From the NCBI GenBank assembly GCA_964556045.1, contig CAZKUZ010000198.1:1-43351 (forward strand): 43,351 nucleotides of DNA, in the 5' to 3' direction. Of this stretch, positions 1-9,690 are shown one piece after another (the first letter of the stretch is position 1; every line of letters starts with the position of its first letter). The translations under genes were made by a program, and so were the position numbers. Source of the DNA: an uncultured Thermodesulfobacteriota bacterium. Its GTDB lineage: Bacteria > Desulfobacterota > S145-22. The notes under the pieces were generated by a model that was given only the letters and a program-made list of their open reading frames with translations, made no database searches and was not told the origin of the DNA.

Positions 1-896
1 GGTTTGTCGTCGCCCGGGTGGTTTCGGATATCGCCAACAGGAAAGAGGTCACGCTCAAGGTTAAGGACGGCGCGGAGCTGATTCTCAAGGTGGGGGAACC
101 CCCCGTCATCGACGGCCGCGTCATCGAGAAGATGCGGGTGGGATGCGGAAGTGCCTCCATGGGGTTGTTCGCCCCGCACTTTCGCCATGCCGCCGATGAG
201 GTTGTCGTCATCGATTCGCATGTTACCGGGGTCTTTACCGAACACACGGCGGGGAGGTATCTTGGGATTCCCTTCAGCGGAGTCCAGTTGAAATTCAAAA
301 AGAGCACGCCGGGCCGGTACTTCGGCGATCACGGAAAAGGCTGGGGCGGCACCAGCATCGAGGATCCCGTCTCCTTGATTCAAGAGATCGATCCAAGCCA
401 TGGCAGGGTCGGAATGACCATCCTTTTTACCGAGACCACCGGCCAGAAGGCCAAGCTGGTTCGTTGGAAGGGGGATCTGACCTTCGAAGAGATACCCTTG
501 ACGGAAGGCGCCCGCAATGCCGTAGAGCAGATTCGGAAAACGAGTCAGAATTCCCGCGTTTCGGCGGTTTACGTGGGTGGCTGCGGCGGAAGCGCCCGTG
601 TCAGCGTGGTGCTCTATCCGGTGAAGCTGACGGAGGCGGTCCACGCGCGGAAGGCGAAGCTGACGGTGGGGGGCGCTGCTCCCTTTATCTTCCCCGGTGG
701 GGGGATCACCTTCATGGTTGACGTGGAGGAGGTCAAAACGGGGGCCTTCACGTGGGTTCCCACGCCGGCAACCGTGGCTCCCCTTGAGTTTACGATGACC
801 CTGCGGGACTACGAGGAAATGGGGGGCTATACGGACGCCCTCATCGAGTGGGATGATTTGATGAAATGGCTTTCCGAACGGAAAAAGGGAGAATAG
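1..896 (+). CDS. C-terminal part of a conserved Gly-rich protein whose 5' end lies outside the window. Tentatively the family annotated as 6-hydroxynicotinate-reductase-like.
   Basis: The frame is open from the window edge (FVVAR precedes the GTG at 18) and stops at 894-896. It has long non-repetitive sequence with Gly-rich segments (VYVGGCGGSARVS, FPGGGITF). The family name rests only on my memory of annotations for genes next to UPF0280/DUF1185, not on a motif. Confidence 0.6.
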   Translation, partial: FVVARVVSDIANRKEVTLKVKDGAELILKVGEPPVIDGRVIEKMRVGCGSASMGLFAPHFRHAADEVVVIDSHVTGVFTEHTAGRYLGIPFSGVQLKFKKSTPGRYFGDHGKGWGGTSIEDPVSLIQEIDPSHGRVGMTILFTETTGQKAKLVRWKGDLTFEEIPLTEGARNAVEQIRKTSQNSRVSAVYVGGCGGSARVSVVLYPVKLTEAVHARKAKLTVGGAAPFIFPGGGITFMVDVEEVKTGAFTWVPTPATVAPLEFTMTLRDYEEMGGYTDALIEWDDLMKWLSERKKGE

Positions 897-1804
897 GCGG
901 GATTGCGCCCATGATACGCGAGCGAGCCGGAATTTCACCGCGTGAGGTGTCGGGGAAAATTCCTGAAGAAGCCTCTTCCGCCAAGGTCCAGGTTTCCTAT
1001 GGCCCCATGGAGATTGGGATTCAGGTGAGCGGGCCGGGAAAGATCGTCCGGAAATCCTGCGGGGAGGTCCGTAAAAAGGCCCGCCTTCTCCTGGGCGATG
1101 TCGAAAGGTTCTATCCCCTGATGAAATTGCGTGGCGAGGAGTTGAAGGTAAAACCACGATGGCCTCGGGTCGTCCGGAGGATGGTGCGGGCCGTTCAACT
1201 GGTTTCGGGGAAGACGCTAACCCCCATGGCCGCTGTGGCGGGGGCCATTTCCGATGAGCTGCTCTTGGATTTGCGGGAAGCGGCGGGCGGTTTTTTGACA
1301 AAGATCCTCGTGAACAACGGGGGAGATATGGCCCTCTTTTCACCGGGGGAGCCGGTGCGCGTGGGGATTCGTGGCGTGGCACCTGAGGGAATGTCCATGC
1401 GGGAGGTGTTGATCCCGGAAATGGATGAACCATACGGTCTTGCCACGAGCGGTTGGCGGGGAAGGAGCTTCAGCCGGGGTGTCGCGGATGCCGTCGTCGT
1501 TGTCGCGCCCGATGGGGCGGTGGCGGACGCGGCGGCGACCCATATAGGAAATTTCGTGACGGACGAGAGCATCCGAGGCGTGAGGCACTGCCGGGCCTCG
1601 GAGTTGGACCCCATGACGGACATCCCGGATTCCATGGTTACCGTTTCTTGCGGTCGGCTGAGTGAAGATGAAAAACATGCCGCCCTTGAAAACGGGGGCG
1701 CCATGGCCTCTTCCCTCTTGGACAGGGGGATTATATGGGGCGCGGGAATCTATCTGCAGGGAAAGTCGGCGGAATTGTCAAAAGGTGTCATAAACTTTAA
1801 ATGA
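866..1804 (+). CDS. UPF0280 family protein (ApbE-like fold)
   Basis: 312-aa ORF overlapping the upstream gene. It contains GLATSGWRGRSFSRGVADAVVVVA...ADAAATHIGN. The ATSG core resembles the ATSGDYEHY motif of the bona fide ApbE at 7453-8520. The start is ambiguous (ATG 866 or ATG 911). Confidence 0.75.
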   Translation: MAFRTEKGRIGGIAPMIRERAGISPREVSGKIPEEASSAKVQVSYGPMEIGIQVSGPGKIVRKSCGEVRKKARLLLGDVERFYPLMKLRGEELKVKPRWPRVVRRMVRAVQLVSGKTLTPMAAVAGAISDELLLDLREAAGGFLTKILVNNGGDMALFSPGEPVRVGIRGVAPEGMSMREVLIPEMDEPYGLATSGWRGRSFSRGVADAVVVVAPDGAVADAAATHIGNFVTDESIRGVRHCRASELDPMTDIPDSMVTVSCGRLSEDEKHAALENGGAMASSLLDRGIIWGAGIYLQGKSAELSKGVINFK

Positions 1805-1820
1805 TTTAAGGAGGTGCACT

Positions 1821-2399
1821 ATGGAGATTCGGAAAATGGTAACGGTCGTGGAAGAGATTCGCGAAGAGATGGGGCGGAAAGTCGATCCCCCGCATCGGAA
1901 GGCGGCGGCCATCGCCGTGATCAAGAATCCTTTCGCCGGGAAATACCAGGAAGACCTATCTGATTTGATGGAGTACGGTGAGCAGCTGGGGAGCATGCTG
2001 GGGGAGCTGGCGGTGAAGGCCCTCGGGATTCCCAAGGAGAAATCGGAAAGCTACGGAAAAGGGGCTATCGTGGGATTGAACGGCGAGCTTGAGCACGCCG
2101 CGGCCATTCTTCATCCGAAGCTGGGCAAACCCTTCCGGGAGGCCCTCGGAGGCGGGAAGGCGATCATCCCTTCCGCCAAGAAGATGGGCGGACCCGGAAC
2201 GCCGTTGGATGTGCCGTTGCACTTCAAGGACGCCGCCTTCGTGCGGTCTCATTTCGATGCCATGGAGATCCGCGTTCAGGACGCTCCCAGGGACGATGAG
2301 ATCGTTGTCGCCCTCGTGGTAACCGATTCCGGGCGTCCTTTGGCCAGGGTCGGCGGCCTGAAAAAAGAAGAGGCAAAATGTGAGGACGGACTGAGATAG
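1821..2399 (+). CDS. Amino acid synthesis family protein (DUF1185 / AA_synth)
   Basis: 192 aa. A perfect SD (AAGGAGGTG) lies 5 nt upstream of the ATG. Family-typical strings are present: AAAIAVIKNPFAGKY, GKGAIVG.NGE.EH, KAIIPSAKK, DVPLHFKDAAFVRSHFD. Confidence 0.85.
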   Translation: MEIRKMVTVVEEIREEMGRKVDPPHRKAAAIAVIKNPFAGKYQEDLSDLMEYGEQLGSMLGELAVKALGIPKEKSESYGKGAIVGLNGELEHAAAILHPKLGKPFREALGGGKAIIPSAKKMGGPGTPLDVPLHFKDAAFVRSHFDAMEIRVQDAPRDDEIVVALVVTDSGRPLARVGGLKKEEAKCEDGLR

Positions 2400-2406
2400 T
2401 AATAGC

Positions 2407-2446
2407 GCTCCCGGGGAGGTTTACTTCTCCGGGAGCCTATATTTTT
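2407..2446 (+). terminator. Intrinsic terminator after the DUF1185 gene
   Basis: An 11-bp stem pairs gctcccgggga (2407-2417) with tctccgggagc (2426-2436), including one G-U pair. The loop is 8 nt. A T-rich tail (ctatattttta) follows. Confidence 0.7.
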
Positions 2447-2543
2447 ATCAATTTTCTACCCTTTTTTTATACATATTACCCATAAATCCTTTAGACTTTA
2501 GGAAATACCGGGATAAAAAACAGGTATTTTTCATTTTATTCAA

Positions 2544-2571
2544 TTGACATTTTAGGAATAAGGTTTATAAT
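2544..2571 (+). promoter_or_regulatory. Sigma70-type promoter for the EF-G paralogue
   Basis: TTGACA (2544-2549), a 16-nt spacer, then TATAAT (2566-2571). It sits in a roughly 170-bp AT-rich island about 40 nt upstream of the ATG at 2613. Confidence 0.65.
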
Positions 2572-2612
2572 ATTCAAAACTAATTGGTTTTATATTAAGA
2601 TACGGAACGGAA

Positions 2613-4643
2613 ATGAAGAAGGGCCTGAAAAACATACGGAATATCGGCATTATTGCCCATATCGACGCGGGAAAGACCACCGTTTCGGAACGGATGCTCT
2701 ACTACACCGGTAAGATTCACAAAATGGGCGAGGTCCACGACGGGGATACGGCGTTGGACTGGATGGCCCAGGAGCAGGAACGGGGGATTACCATTACCTC
2801 CGCCGTCACGAATTTTTTCTGGCGGGATTATGAGATCCACCTCATCGACACCCCGGGGCACGTGGATTTCACCATCGAGGTCGAGCGTTCCCTTAGGGTC
2901 CTGGATGGGGCCGTTGTCGTGTTTTGCGGGGTGGGAGGGGTGGAGCCCCAATCCGAGACGGTGTGGCACCAGGCGGATAAATATCGGGTTCCACGTATTG
3001 CCTTTATCAATAAGATGGACAGGATCGGGGCCGACTTTGATCACGTTATTTCCATGATGGAGGAGAGATTCAATACGCCCCCTGTGATTTTGCAGAGGCC
3101 CATCGGGGTGGAAAGCGCCTTCAAGGGCGTGGTGGACTTGGTGAAGCAGAAGGCTATTGTCTGGTCGGAAGACGGCCTGGGCAACGAGTACGAGGTGGTG
3201 GAAGTCCCTCAGGATATGAAGGAAGAAGTGGCTGCTTACAGGGAGAAGCTCCTTGAGGCGGTGGCCGAAGCGGATGATGAATTGATGGAGCGCTATCTGG
3301 AAGAGGGAGACCTGCCGGAAGAGGCCATCCTCAAGGCCCTTCGAAAACGAACCCTCAACATGGAAATCGTTCCCGTCCTTTGCGGCTCCGCCCTGAAAAA
3401 TAAAGGGATACAGCCTTTGATGGACGCCATTGTTGATTTCCTGCCTTCCCCCTTGGAGGTCCCTCCCGTTTCAGGGGTGGATCCCGAGACCGGGGAGACC
3501 ATTACGCGGCCGCCGGACATCAAGGCGCCGTTTTCCGCCCTCGTTTTCAAGGTCATGATGGACCAGGGGAGGAAACTGTGTTTTGTCCGTGTCTATTCGG
3601 GTCAAGTGAAGGTGGGGGAAGAACTCTATAACTTGAATCTGAGGACTAGGGAGAAGGTGGCCCGTATCCTGGAGATCCATGCCAACCATCGGAAACGGAT
3701 CGATACGGCCAAGGCGGGCGATATCGTGGGTGTCATCGGGCTGAAGAAATCTTCCACGGGGAATACTCTGTGCGATGCCTCGGATCCCATTCTGCTGGAA
3801 CCCATCGACAGCTATGAACCCGTGATTTCGGTGGCCATCGAGACGGTTTCCAATCAGGAAGCGGAGCGGGTGCAGGGGGTCTTGGCCCAGATCATGGAAG
3901 AGGACCCCACGTTCCGGGTCCGCACGGACGAAGAGACCGGGCAGGTGGTCATTTCGGGGATGGGAGAACTCCACCTGAACGTGATCACGACCCGGTTGAT
4001 GGAAGATTATGGTCTGAAGGTTCACGTGGGACGTCCCCAAGTGGTCTATCGGGAGACGATTACCCGTTCTGTCACGGCTACGGGGGTTTTCGACCGTGAA
4101 ATGGCGGGCATGCACGGATTTGCCACCGTCACGATCGAGATGAGCCCCGCGGAAAGAGGGACGGGGAACCGCTATACAGACAAAGAGGTGGGGGAAACTC
4201 TCCCGTCGGAACATCGCCAGGCGGTCCGAGAGGGAATTATGGATGCCTTGTCTTTCGGTCCCCTTTCCGGGAGCCCGATGACCGACGTTGATGTAATCTT
4301 GAAAGATGTAAAATGGGAGGAGAACGATCATGCGATTTCATCGCTGCGTATTGCAGCCGCGACAGCCGTAAGAGAAGGAACTCAACAGGCGGAAATCATT
4401 CTTCTGGAGCCCATCATGGAGCTTGATATCCTCGCGCCGGAAGAGTTTGTCGGAGAAGTTATTTCAGATATCAACAGCCGGAAAGGCGAAGTTCACAGCC
4501 TTGAGAACAAAGGGAAAATCACGTTAATCCAGGCGCGTGTGCCCCTGAGGCAGCTTTTTGGATACTCAACAACGTTGCGTTCCCTGACCCAGGGGAGGGG
4601 GAACTTTACCATGCGTTATTTCCGGCATGACCAAATCACATAG
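2613..4643 (+). CDS. fusA: Elongation factor G paralogue (EF-G2-like, 676 aa)
   Basis: G motifs [17 protein letters not shown] and NKMD are present, and the whole length is collinear with EF-G (e.g. [11 protein letters not shown]). It is not in an rpsL-rpsG-fusA-tuf context. Confidence 0.93.
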   Translation: MKKGLKNIRNIGIIAHIDAGKTTVSERMLYYTGKIHKMGEVHDGDTALDWMAQEQERGITITSAVTNFFWRDYEIHLIDTPGHVDFTIEVERSLRVLDGAVVVFCGVGGVEPQSETVWHQADKYRVPRIAFINKMDRIGADFDHVISMMEERFNTPPVILQRPIGVESAFKGVVDLVKQKAIVWSEDGLGNEYEVVEVPQDMKEEVAAYREKLLEAVAEADDELMERYLEEGDLPEEAILKALRKRTLNMEIVPVLCGSALKNKGIQPLMDAIVDFLPSPLEVPPVSGVDPETGETITRPPDIKAPFSALVFKVMMDQGRKLCFVRVYSGQVKVGEELYNLNLRTREKVARILEIHANHRKRIDTAKAGDIVGVIGLKKSSTGNTLCDASDPILLEPIDSYEPVISVAIETVSNQEAERVQGVLAQIMEEDPTFRVRTDEETGQVVISGMGELHLNVITTRLMEDYGLKVHVGRPQVVYRETITRSVTATGVFDREMAGMHGFATVTIEMSPAERGTGNRYTDKEVGETLPSEHRQAVREGIMDALSFGPLSGSPMTDVDVILKDVKWEENDHAISSLRIAAATAVREGTQQAEIILLEPIMELDILAPEEFVGEVISDINSRKGEVHSLENKGKITLIQARVPLRQLFGYSTTLRSLTQGRGNFTMRYFRHDQIT

Positions 4644-4652
4644 GAGGAAGAG

Positions 4653-5648
4653 ATGATGACGGACAACGAAAAAATAATCCATATCCTGAAGGATCACGAG
4701 GGGAGATTCGTGTCGGGTGAGATTATCAGCCGTGAAGTTGGAATTACCCGGGCGGCCATCTGGAAAAGGATTTCGGCTTTGAAGAGCATGGGATACGTTA
4801 TTGATGCCCGCCAGAATATGGGATATCGCCTGATGCGTTCCCCGGATATCCTGAGCCCGGAGGAGATCCAATACCGGCTCGGGACAAAGATTATCGGCAA
4901 CGAAGTCCGGTACTATCCGGTTTTGGAATCGACCAACGCGGAAGCCTTTCGTGCCGCCTCCGAGGGAGCAAAGGACGGGTTGGTGATCGTCACGGACCAC
5001 CAGACGGGCGGGAAGGGACGCCTCAACCGCACGTGGTTTTCCTTTCGGCGCCAGTCTCTTTCCCTCTCCTTTGTCCTGCGTCCCAAAATCGTCCCTTACG
5101 TCGCCACCATGTTGACCTATATGGCGGGGATCGCCCTTTACGAGACGATCTACGCCATCACGGCGATAAAACCGGCGATCAAGTGGCCGAACGACATTAT
5201 GATGAGCGGGAAGAAGGTGGCGGGTATCTTGTGCGAGCTGAATACCGAGACGGATGTGGTGAACTTTGCTGTCATTGGAATGGGAATAAACCTCAACGTC
5301 AGAAAGAAAAAGTTCCCCGAGGAGATTCGTGAGGCCTCCACTTCCATTTACGAGGAGACTAAGAAGCGGGTCAAGCGGGTTGCCTTTGTCAAGGAATTGC
5401 TCCGCCAGATGGACTATTGGTATGGGGTGTTCCTGAGGGACGGGGGTGACAGCCGGATCCTCGCCGAGTGGAAGGAACGGGCGAAGATCGTGGGTCAGGA
5501 AGTCAAAATTCGTTCCTTCAACGAGGAGATCGAAGGCGAGGTCGTGGACGTGGATTCCTATGGAGCGCTGATTGTCCAGACGGAAAGCGGCGAGAGAAAG
5601 CGCGTGATCGCCGGAGACCTGGAGACCGTCGTCCTTCCTGAGGAATAA
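4653..5648 (+). CDS. birA: Bifunctional biotin-[acetyl-CoA-carboxylase] ligase / transcriptional repressor BirA
   Basis: It has an N-terminal wHTH (ISGEIISREVGITRAAIWKRISALKSMG). The ligase motif is GGKGRLNRTWFS, and KWPNDI is also present. Confidence 0.92.
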   Translation: MMTDNEKIIHILKDHEGRFVSGEIISREVGITRAAIWKRISALKSMGYVIDARQNMGYRLMRSPDILSPEEIQYRLGTKIIGNEVRYYPVLESTNAEAFRAASEGAKDGLVIVTDHQTGGKGRLNRTWFSFRRQSLSLSFVLRPKIVPYVATMLTYMAGIALYETIYAITAIKPAIKWPNDIMMSGKKVAGILCELNTETDVVNFAVIGMGINLNVRKKKFPEEIREASTSIYEETKKRVKRVAFVKELLRQMDYWYGVFLRDGGDSRILAEWKERAKIVGQEVKIRSFNEEIEGEVVDVDSYGALIVQTESGERKRVIAGDLETVVLPEE

Positions 5649-5649
5649 G

Positions 5650-6414
5650 ATGCTTCTCGCCATCGATGTGGGAAACACGAACACGGTTTTTGGGGTCTTC
5701 AAAGGCGAGAAACTTCAAATAAGCTGGCGGGTCAGCACGCTGGCGAACCGTTCCATTGACGAATATCGTATTCTCATCTCCAGACTCTTCGAACTGGAGG
5801 GGATGAAGATGGGATCGATATCGTCTTCGGTTATCTCGTGCGTTGTTCCTACCGTGCTTGAGGCCTTGCCTGTCTCTATCAAAAAGATGTTCGGGCTCAC
5901 CCCTCTCGTCGTCGGGCCGGGGATCAAGACGGGGATGCCCATTTTTTACAGCAACCCCTCGGAGGTGGGCGCGGATAGAATCGTAAATGCCGTGGCGGGT
6001 TATGAGCGGTTCAAGGCCCAGACCATCGTGGTCGATTTCGGCACGGCGACCACCTTCGACTGCGTCTCGGAAAAGGGGGAATACCTCGGCGGGCTCATCG
6101 CGCCGGGGGTTCACATCTCCATGGAGGCCCTGTTCCAGTATGCCTCCAAACTGCCTCGAGTGGCCCTCTGCTGGCCCGGCAGCGTGATCGGAAAAACTAC
6201 CGTTCAGAGCATCCAGTCCGGGCTTCTTTACGGGTACGTGGAGATGGTGGACGGCCTCGTCCGGAGAATCAAGGAGGAGATGCGGGGGGCGGCGAAGGTC
6301 ATCGCGACCGGCGGCCTGGCCCGTCTTGTGGGACAGAAGGCCCAGACTATCGACGTGACAGACGAGTTGTTGACCCTCGACGGACTGCGCATCATCTACG
6401 AAAGAAATCTGTAG
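5650..6414 (+). CDS. coaX: Type III pantothenate kinase
   Basis: Motifs MLLAIDVGNTNTVFG, GADR and DFGTATTFD. It lies 1 nt after the birA stop, which is the typical birA-coaX pairing. Confidence 0.95.
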   Translation: MLLAIDVGNTNTVFGVFKGEKLQISWRVSTLANRSIDEYRILISRLFELEGMKMGSISSSVISCVVPTVLEALPVSIKKMFGLTPLVVGPGIKTGMPIFYSNPSEVGADRIVNAVAGYERFKAQTIVVDFGTATTFDCVSEKGEYLGGLIAPGVHISMEALFQYASKLPRVALCWPGSVIGKTTVQSIQSGLLYGYVEMVDGLVRRIKEEMRGAAKVIATGGLARLVGQKAQTIDVTDELLTLDGLRIIYERNL

Positions 6415-6486
6415 GCAACCCGGCCGCAGGCCCAGTAAATCGAGTGAAACGGGAGTAGAGAGGCTTTGTCGGCAGACGGGCGGTAC

Positions 6487-7440
6487 TTAAAGCCCTTTGT
6501 ACCACTCCACGAATTTTCGGATACCCTCTTCCATAGTGGTATGGGGATCGTAGCCTAATTCCCGCCTGGCACGGCTGATGTCGGCATAGGTGATATTCAC
6601 GTCTCCGGGCTGTAGGGGTAAGCGTTGAATATCCGCTTTCTTTCCCAGGGCCTCTTCGATCAGGTGAATGAGATCGATCAGGGCGGTGGTTCGAGACTCT
6701 CCAAGGTTGTAGAGGTGAAAGCCCGATTCGATTCTTCTTACCCTTACCATGCCATCGATGATGTCGTCGATGTAGGTGTAGTCCCGTTTCGTGGTGCCGT
6801 CCCCGAACATGGGAACCGGCCTTCCCTCGTCGATCAGGCGCGTGAATTTGTGAATCGCCATCTCCGGGCGCTGCCTCGGGCCGTAAACCGTGAAGAATCT
6901 CAAGGCGACGATGGTGAATTGATAGAGATGGTGATAGGTGTAGCAGATCAGCTCCCCAGCCTTCTTTGTCGCGGCGTAAGGGGAGATGGGGTGGTCCACG
7001 AAATCGTCCTCCGCGAAGGGGACCTTGGGATTGTTCCCGTAAACGGAGGAGGAGGAGGCGAAGATCATCCGGGAAACTTCGTATTTCTTCATGGCCTCGA
7101 GCAGGTTCATGGTGCCCCGGATGTTGACCTCCTGGTAGGTGACGGGATCGGCGATGGAGGGACGCACGCCCGCCATGGCGGCGAGATGAACGACTTCCTC
7201 CGGATGATGGGTCTTGAAGACATCATCGATGAAATCCGTGTTCCGGATGTCTCCCCTCAGGTCCGTGAACTGCTCGGAGCCGAAGCGTTTTTTGATTTCC
7301 CTGAGGTTCCGTTCCTTGATGGCGGGATCATAGAAGGGGTTCAGATTGTCGATGGAGACGACTTTGTGACCTTCCCGGAGAAGGGTTTCCGCGAAATGGG
7401 ATCCGATGAATCCGGCGGCACCGGTGAGGAGAATTTTCAT
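6487..7440 (-). CDS. NAD-dependent epimerase/dehydratase (extended SDR, UDP-sugar/UDP-glucuronate 4-epimerase-like)
   Basis: It has the TGAAGFIGSH Rossmann motif, the YAATKKAGE (YxxxK) catalytic motif and GDGTTKRDYTYIDDIIDG. Confidence 0.9.
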   Translation of the reverse strand: MKILLTGAAGFIGSHFAETLLREGHKVVSIDNLNPFYDPAIKERNLREIKKRFGSEQFTDLRGDIRNTDFIDDVFKTHHPEEVVHLAAMAGVRPSIADPVTYQEVNIRGTMNLLEAMKKYEVSRMIFASSSSVYGNNPKVPFAEDDFVDHPISPYAATKKAGELICYTYHHLYQFTIVALRFFTVYGPRQRPEMAIHKFTRLIDEGRPVPMFGDGTTKRDYTYIDDIIDGMVRVRRIESGFHLYNLGESRTTALIDLIHLIEEALGKKADIQRLPLQPGDVNITYADISRARRELGYDPHTTMEEGIRKFVEWYKGL

Positions 7441-7452
7441 GGTCCTATCCTT

Positions 7453-8520
7453 TCAAAAATAGGTTACGTGTTTCTTGAACTTTTTCTTCCATTGAACGAT
7501 TGATTCCAAGGGTTTGGAGGCGAAAATATGGTGCTCCGCGTCCATCAGAACGGCCTGATATTCGGGATGAGAGGTAAGCCACCGGATGGCTTTTTCCCTT
7601 CCCATGACAAAGAGGGCCGTGGCGAGCGCGTCGGCGTCCATCGTGTTTTTGGCCAGGACGGAGACACTGCGCAGGCCTTGGGCTGGGAAACCGGTTCTGG
7701 GATTGAGGATATGGTGATAACGGACGTGGCCCTTGATGAAGTAGTGCTCGTAGTCTCCAGAGGTGGCGATGGCGCGGTCCGAGAGGGAAACGACGGCGAT
7801 AACGGCCTTGGGATCGTCCGGATCCTGGATGCCGATGTGCCAGGGACGCTGGGGAGGGGCGCCTGACGTATAGAGATCTCCTCCCGCATTGACGATGAAG
7901 TTGTGAATTCCTTTGGCGTTGAGGAGCACCGATGCCCTGTCCACGGCGAAGACCTTGGCGATTCCCCCAAGATCGAGGGACAGGTTTTGAAGTTTTAGAG
8001 AGATCCGGTGGGTGGTGGGGTCGCATTTCACCTTGTCCATCCCGGTCCTTTTCAGTGCGTTTGCGATAGCCGTCTCCGAGGGGAGATTAGGGTTTTGGGT
8101 ATCCCAGCCCCAGAGCCTGATAAGCGGTCCCATCGTGATGTCGAAGGCCCCTTCCGTTTCTTTGCCGATGAGAAGGCCCTCAAAGATAACCCGGCAGGTT
8201 AGGGGGGAGATCACCTGGGGACCTTTCCCCGCGTGGGCATTGATTCGAGACAGTTCGCTTCCCGGTCGGTCAGGATTCATGGCGCCGTCCACCGATTTAA
8301 TCGCGTCGAAGGCCCGCTTGATAACCTTTTCGGAAGAGGAAGAGCCAACCCAGGTGATTTCGACGACCGTGCCCATGACCCACTGGCTTTTGTGCAGAAT
8401 CTGGGAACGATCGCAGGCGGTTGGAAAAAGGAGGCACAGAATCGCCAGGAGCCGGAACCATGGATGTTTCGGGCGAGGGGACACGAGATGAAAAGAATGA
8501 AGGTAAGGGCTTGTTTTCAT
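7453..8520 (-). CDS. apbE: FAD:protein FMN transferase ApbE, probable lipoprotein
   Basis: It contains the ATSGDYEHYF motif. I place the start at ATG 8520-8518 (MKTSPY...), 4 nt after the upstream gene's stop. This gives a signal peptide ...LLAILCLLFPTAC with a lipobox-like Cys. The track ORF extends to 8643 but would overlap the upstream CDS. Confidence 0.88.
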   Translation of the reverse strand: MKTSPYLHSFHLVSPRPKHPWFRLLAILCLLFPTACDRSQILHKSQWVMGTVVEITWVGSSSSEKVIKRAFDAIKSVDGAMNPDRPGSELSRINAHAGKGPQVISPLTCRVIFEGLLIGKETEGAFDITMGPLIRLWGWDTQNPNLPSETAIANALKRTGMDKVKCDPTTHRISLKLQNLSLDLGGIAKVFAVDRASVLLNAKGIHNFIVNAGGDLYTSGAPPQRPWHIGIQDPDDPKAVIAVVSLSDRAIATSGDYEHYFIKGHVRYHHILNPRTGFPAQGLRSVSVLAKNTMDADALATALFVMGREKAIRWLTSHPEYQAVLMDAEHHIFASKPLESIVQWKKKFKKHVTYF

Positions 8521-8524
8521 TGAT

Positions 8525-9490
8525 TTATCTGAATAAGGCATAGGAGAGGGAAAGGAAAAGGATATAGAGGGAGAAAAGGACGGCGCCGTGTATCTTTCGG
8601 ATTTTCTTAGAAAAGAGGAGGATAGAAAGGAAGATGCCCACAACGACGAGCAAGGCTCCTCCGTAGAAGTGAAGGGTCCTGGTCTCCGCCGTCAAGGGGC
8701 GTGCCGTGGCGGACATGCCGACGATCCACAGGATGTTCAGGATATCCGCTCCGATGATGTCGCCTGCAGCGATGTCCCCCTCGTTTTTCAGGGCGGCGAT
8801 GACGCAGGTGGTGACTTCCGGCAGGGAGGTGCCGATGGCTACCACGGTGAGACCGATAATGATTTCAGAGATCCCCAGGAGCCTTGAGATACCGGTTGCC
8901 GCCCAGATGACGCCGCGGCTCGCTGCGAGGACGCCGAGAAGGCCTACAATGAAAATGAGACCGAGGGCCAAATTGGAACGTTGAGGTGCCTTGGGTATGT
9001 GAGAATCGAGTTTCTCGGCGAGAAGAAGCGCCCGCTGACTCTTGGCGTAAGAGATGAACCATATGAAGTAAATGGCGAGGATCGCCAGAAGGATAATTCC
9101 TTCGAGCCGGGAGATGGTTCCATTCAGGCTGAAGATGTAGAGGAGGCAGCCGCTCCCGAGGAGGACAAGGGCGGAGGGTTTGATGAGTTTTCGGTTGACG
9201 ATGAAGGGAACGGGGGCGAGAAGGGCGGCAAGCCCGAAGGCGAGGGCGTCGTCCGCGATGACCGAACCGATGGCGTTTCCGAGGGCGAGGTTGCTGTATC
9301 CCATGACGGCGGACTGGACGGAGACGGCCAACTCGGGAAGGGTAGTTCCCATGCTGACGAGTAGGGTGCCCACGATGATCTTTGGGATATGGTTGCGTTC
9401 GGCGATCCCAACGGCCCCCGAGACGAAGAGATGCCCGCAGAAGAGAAGGACGATAAAGCTTACGATGAGGACTGAGGTATAGGAAAGCAT
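8525..9490 (-). CDS. Ca2+/Na+ antiporter family membrane protein (CaCA / YrbG-like)
   Basis: It is polytopic and hydrophobic, with two alpha-repeat motifs: GTTLPELAVS...GNAIGS and GTSLPEVTT...GDIIGA. Confidence 0.88.
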   Translation of the reverse strand: MLSYTSVLIVSFIVLLFCGHLFVSGAVGIAERNHIPKIIVGTLLVSMGTTLPELAVSVQSAVMGYSNLALGNAIGSVIADDALAFGLAALLAPVPFIVNRKLIKPSALVLLGSGCLLYIFSLNGTISRLEGIILLAILAIYFIWFISYAKSQRALLLAEKLDSHIPKAPQRSNLALGLIFIVGLLGVLAASRGVIWAATGISRLLGISEIIIGLTVVAIGTSLPEVTTCVIAALKNEGDIAAGDIIGADILNILWIVGMSATARPLTAETRTLHFYGGALLVVVGIFLSILLFSKKIRKIHGAVLFSLYILFLSLSYALFR

Positions 9491-9640
9491 AGTGTTCTTT
9501 GCAGGTATCCGGATCTTTTTCCACCATTCCTAACATACCCGCACGCGGTTGAAAAGCGGAACCTTCAATCCGGGGAGTTCCCTTGACATTTCAGATTTTT
9601 GCGCTTGAATCCGGCGGTGATTTTTGTCTTGTCGGGGGGC

Positions 9641-9669
9641 TTGATTTTAAAAATTTTTTATGTTAACTT
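9641..9669 (+). promoter_or_regulatory. Candidate promoter of the rimP-nusA-infB operon
   Basis: TTGATT (9641-9646), a 17-nt spacer, then TAACTT (9664-9669), in an AT-rich stretch. An alternative -35 TTGACA at 9583-9588 has a poor -10. Confidence 0.35.
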
Positions 9670-9690
9670 ACGCAAAATTTAGTTCGCTTG

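Noticed and set aside
8521-8643. A 41-codon N-terminal extension of the ApbE ORF (track start at 8643).
   Set aside because: The extension would overlap the 3' end of the CaCA gene. The ATG at 8520 gives a proper signal peptide with a lipobox-like Cys and lies 4 nt after the upstream stop.
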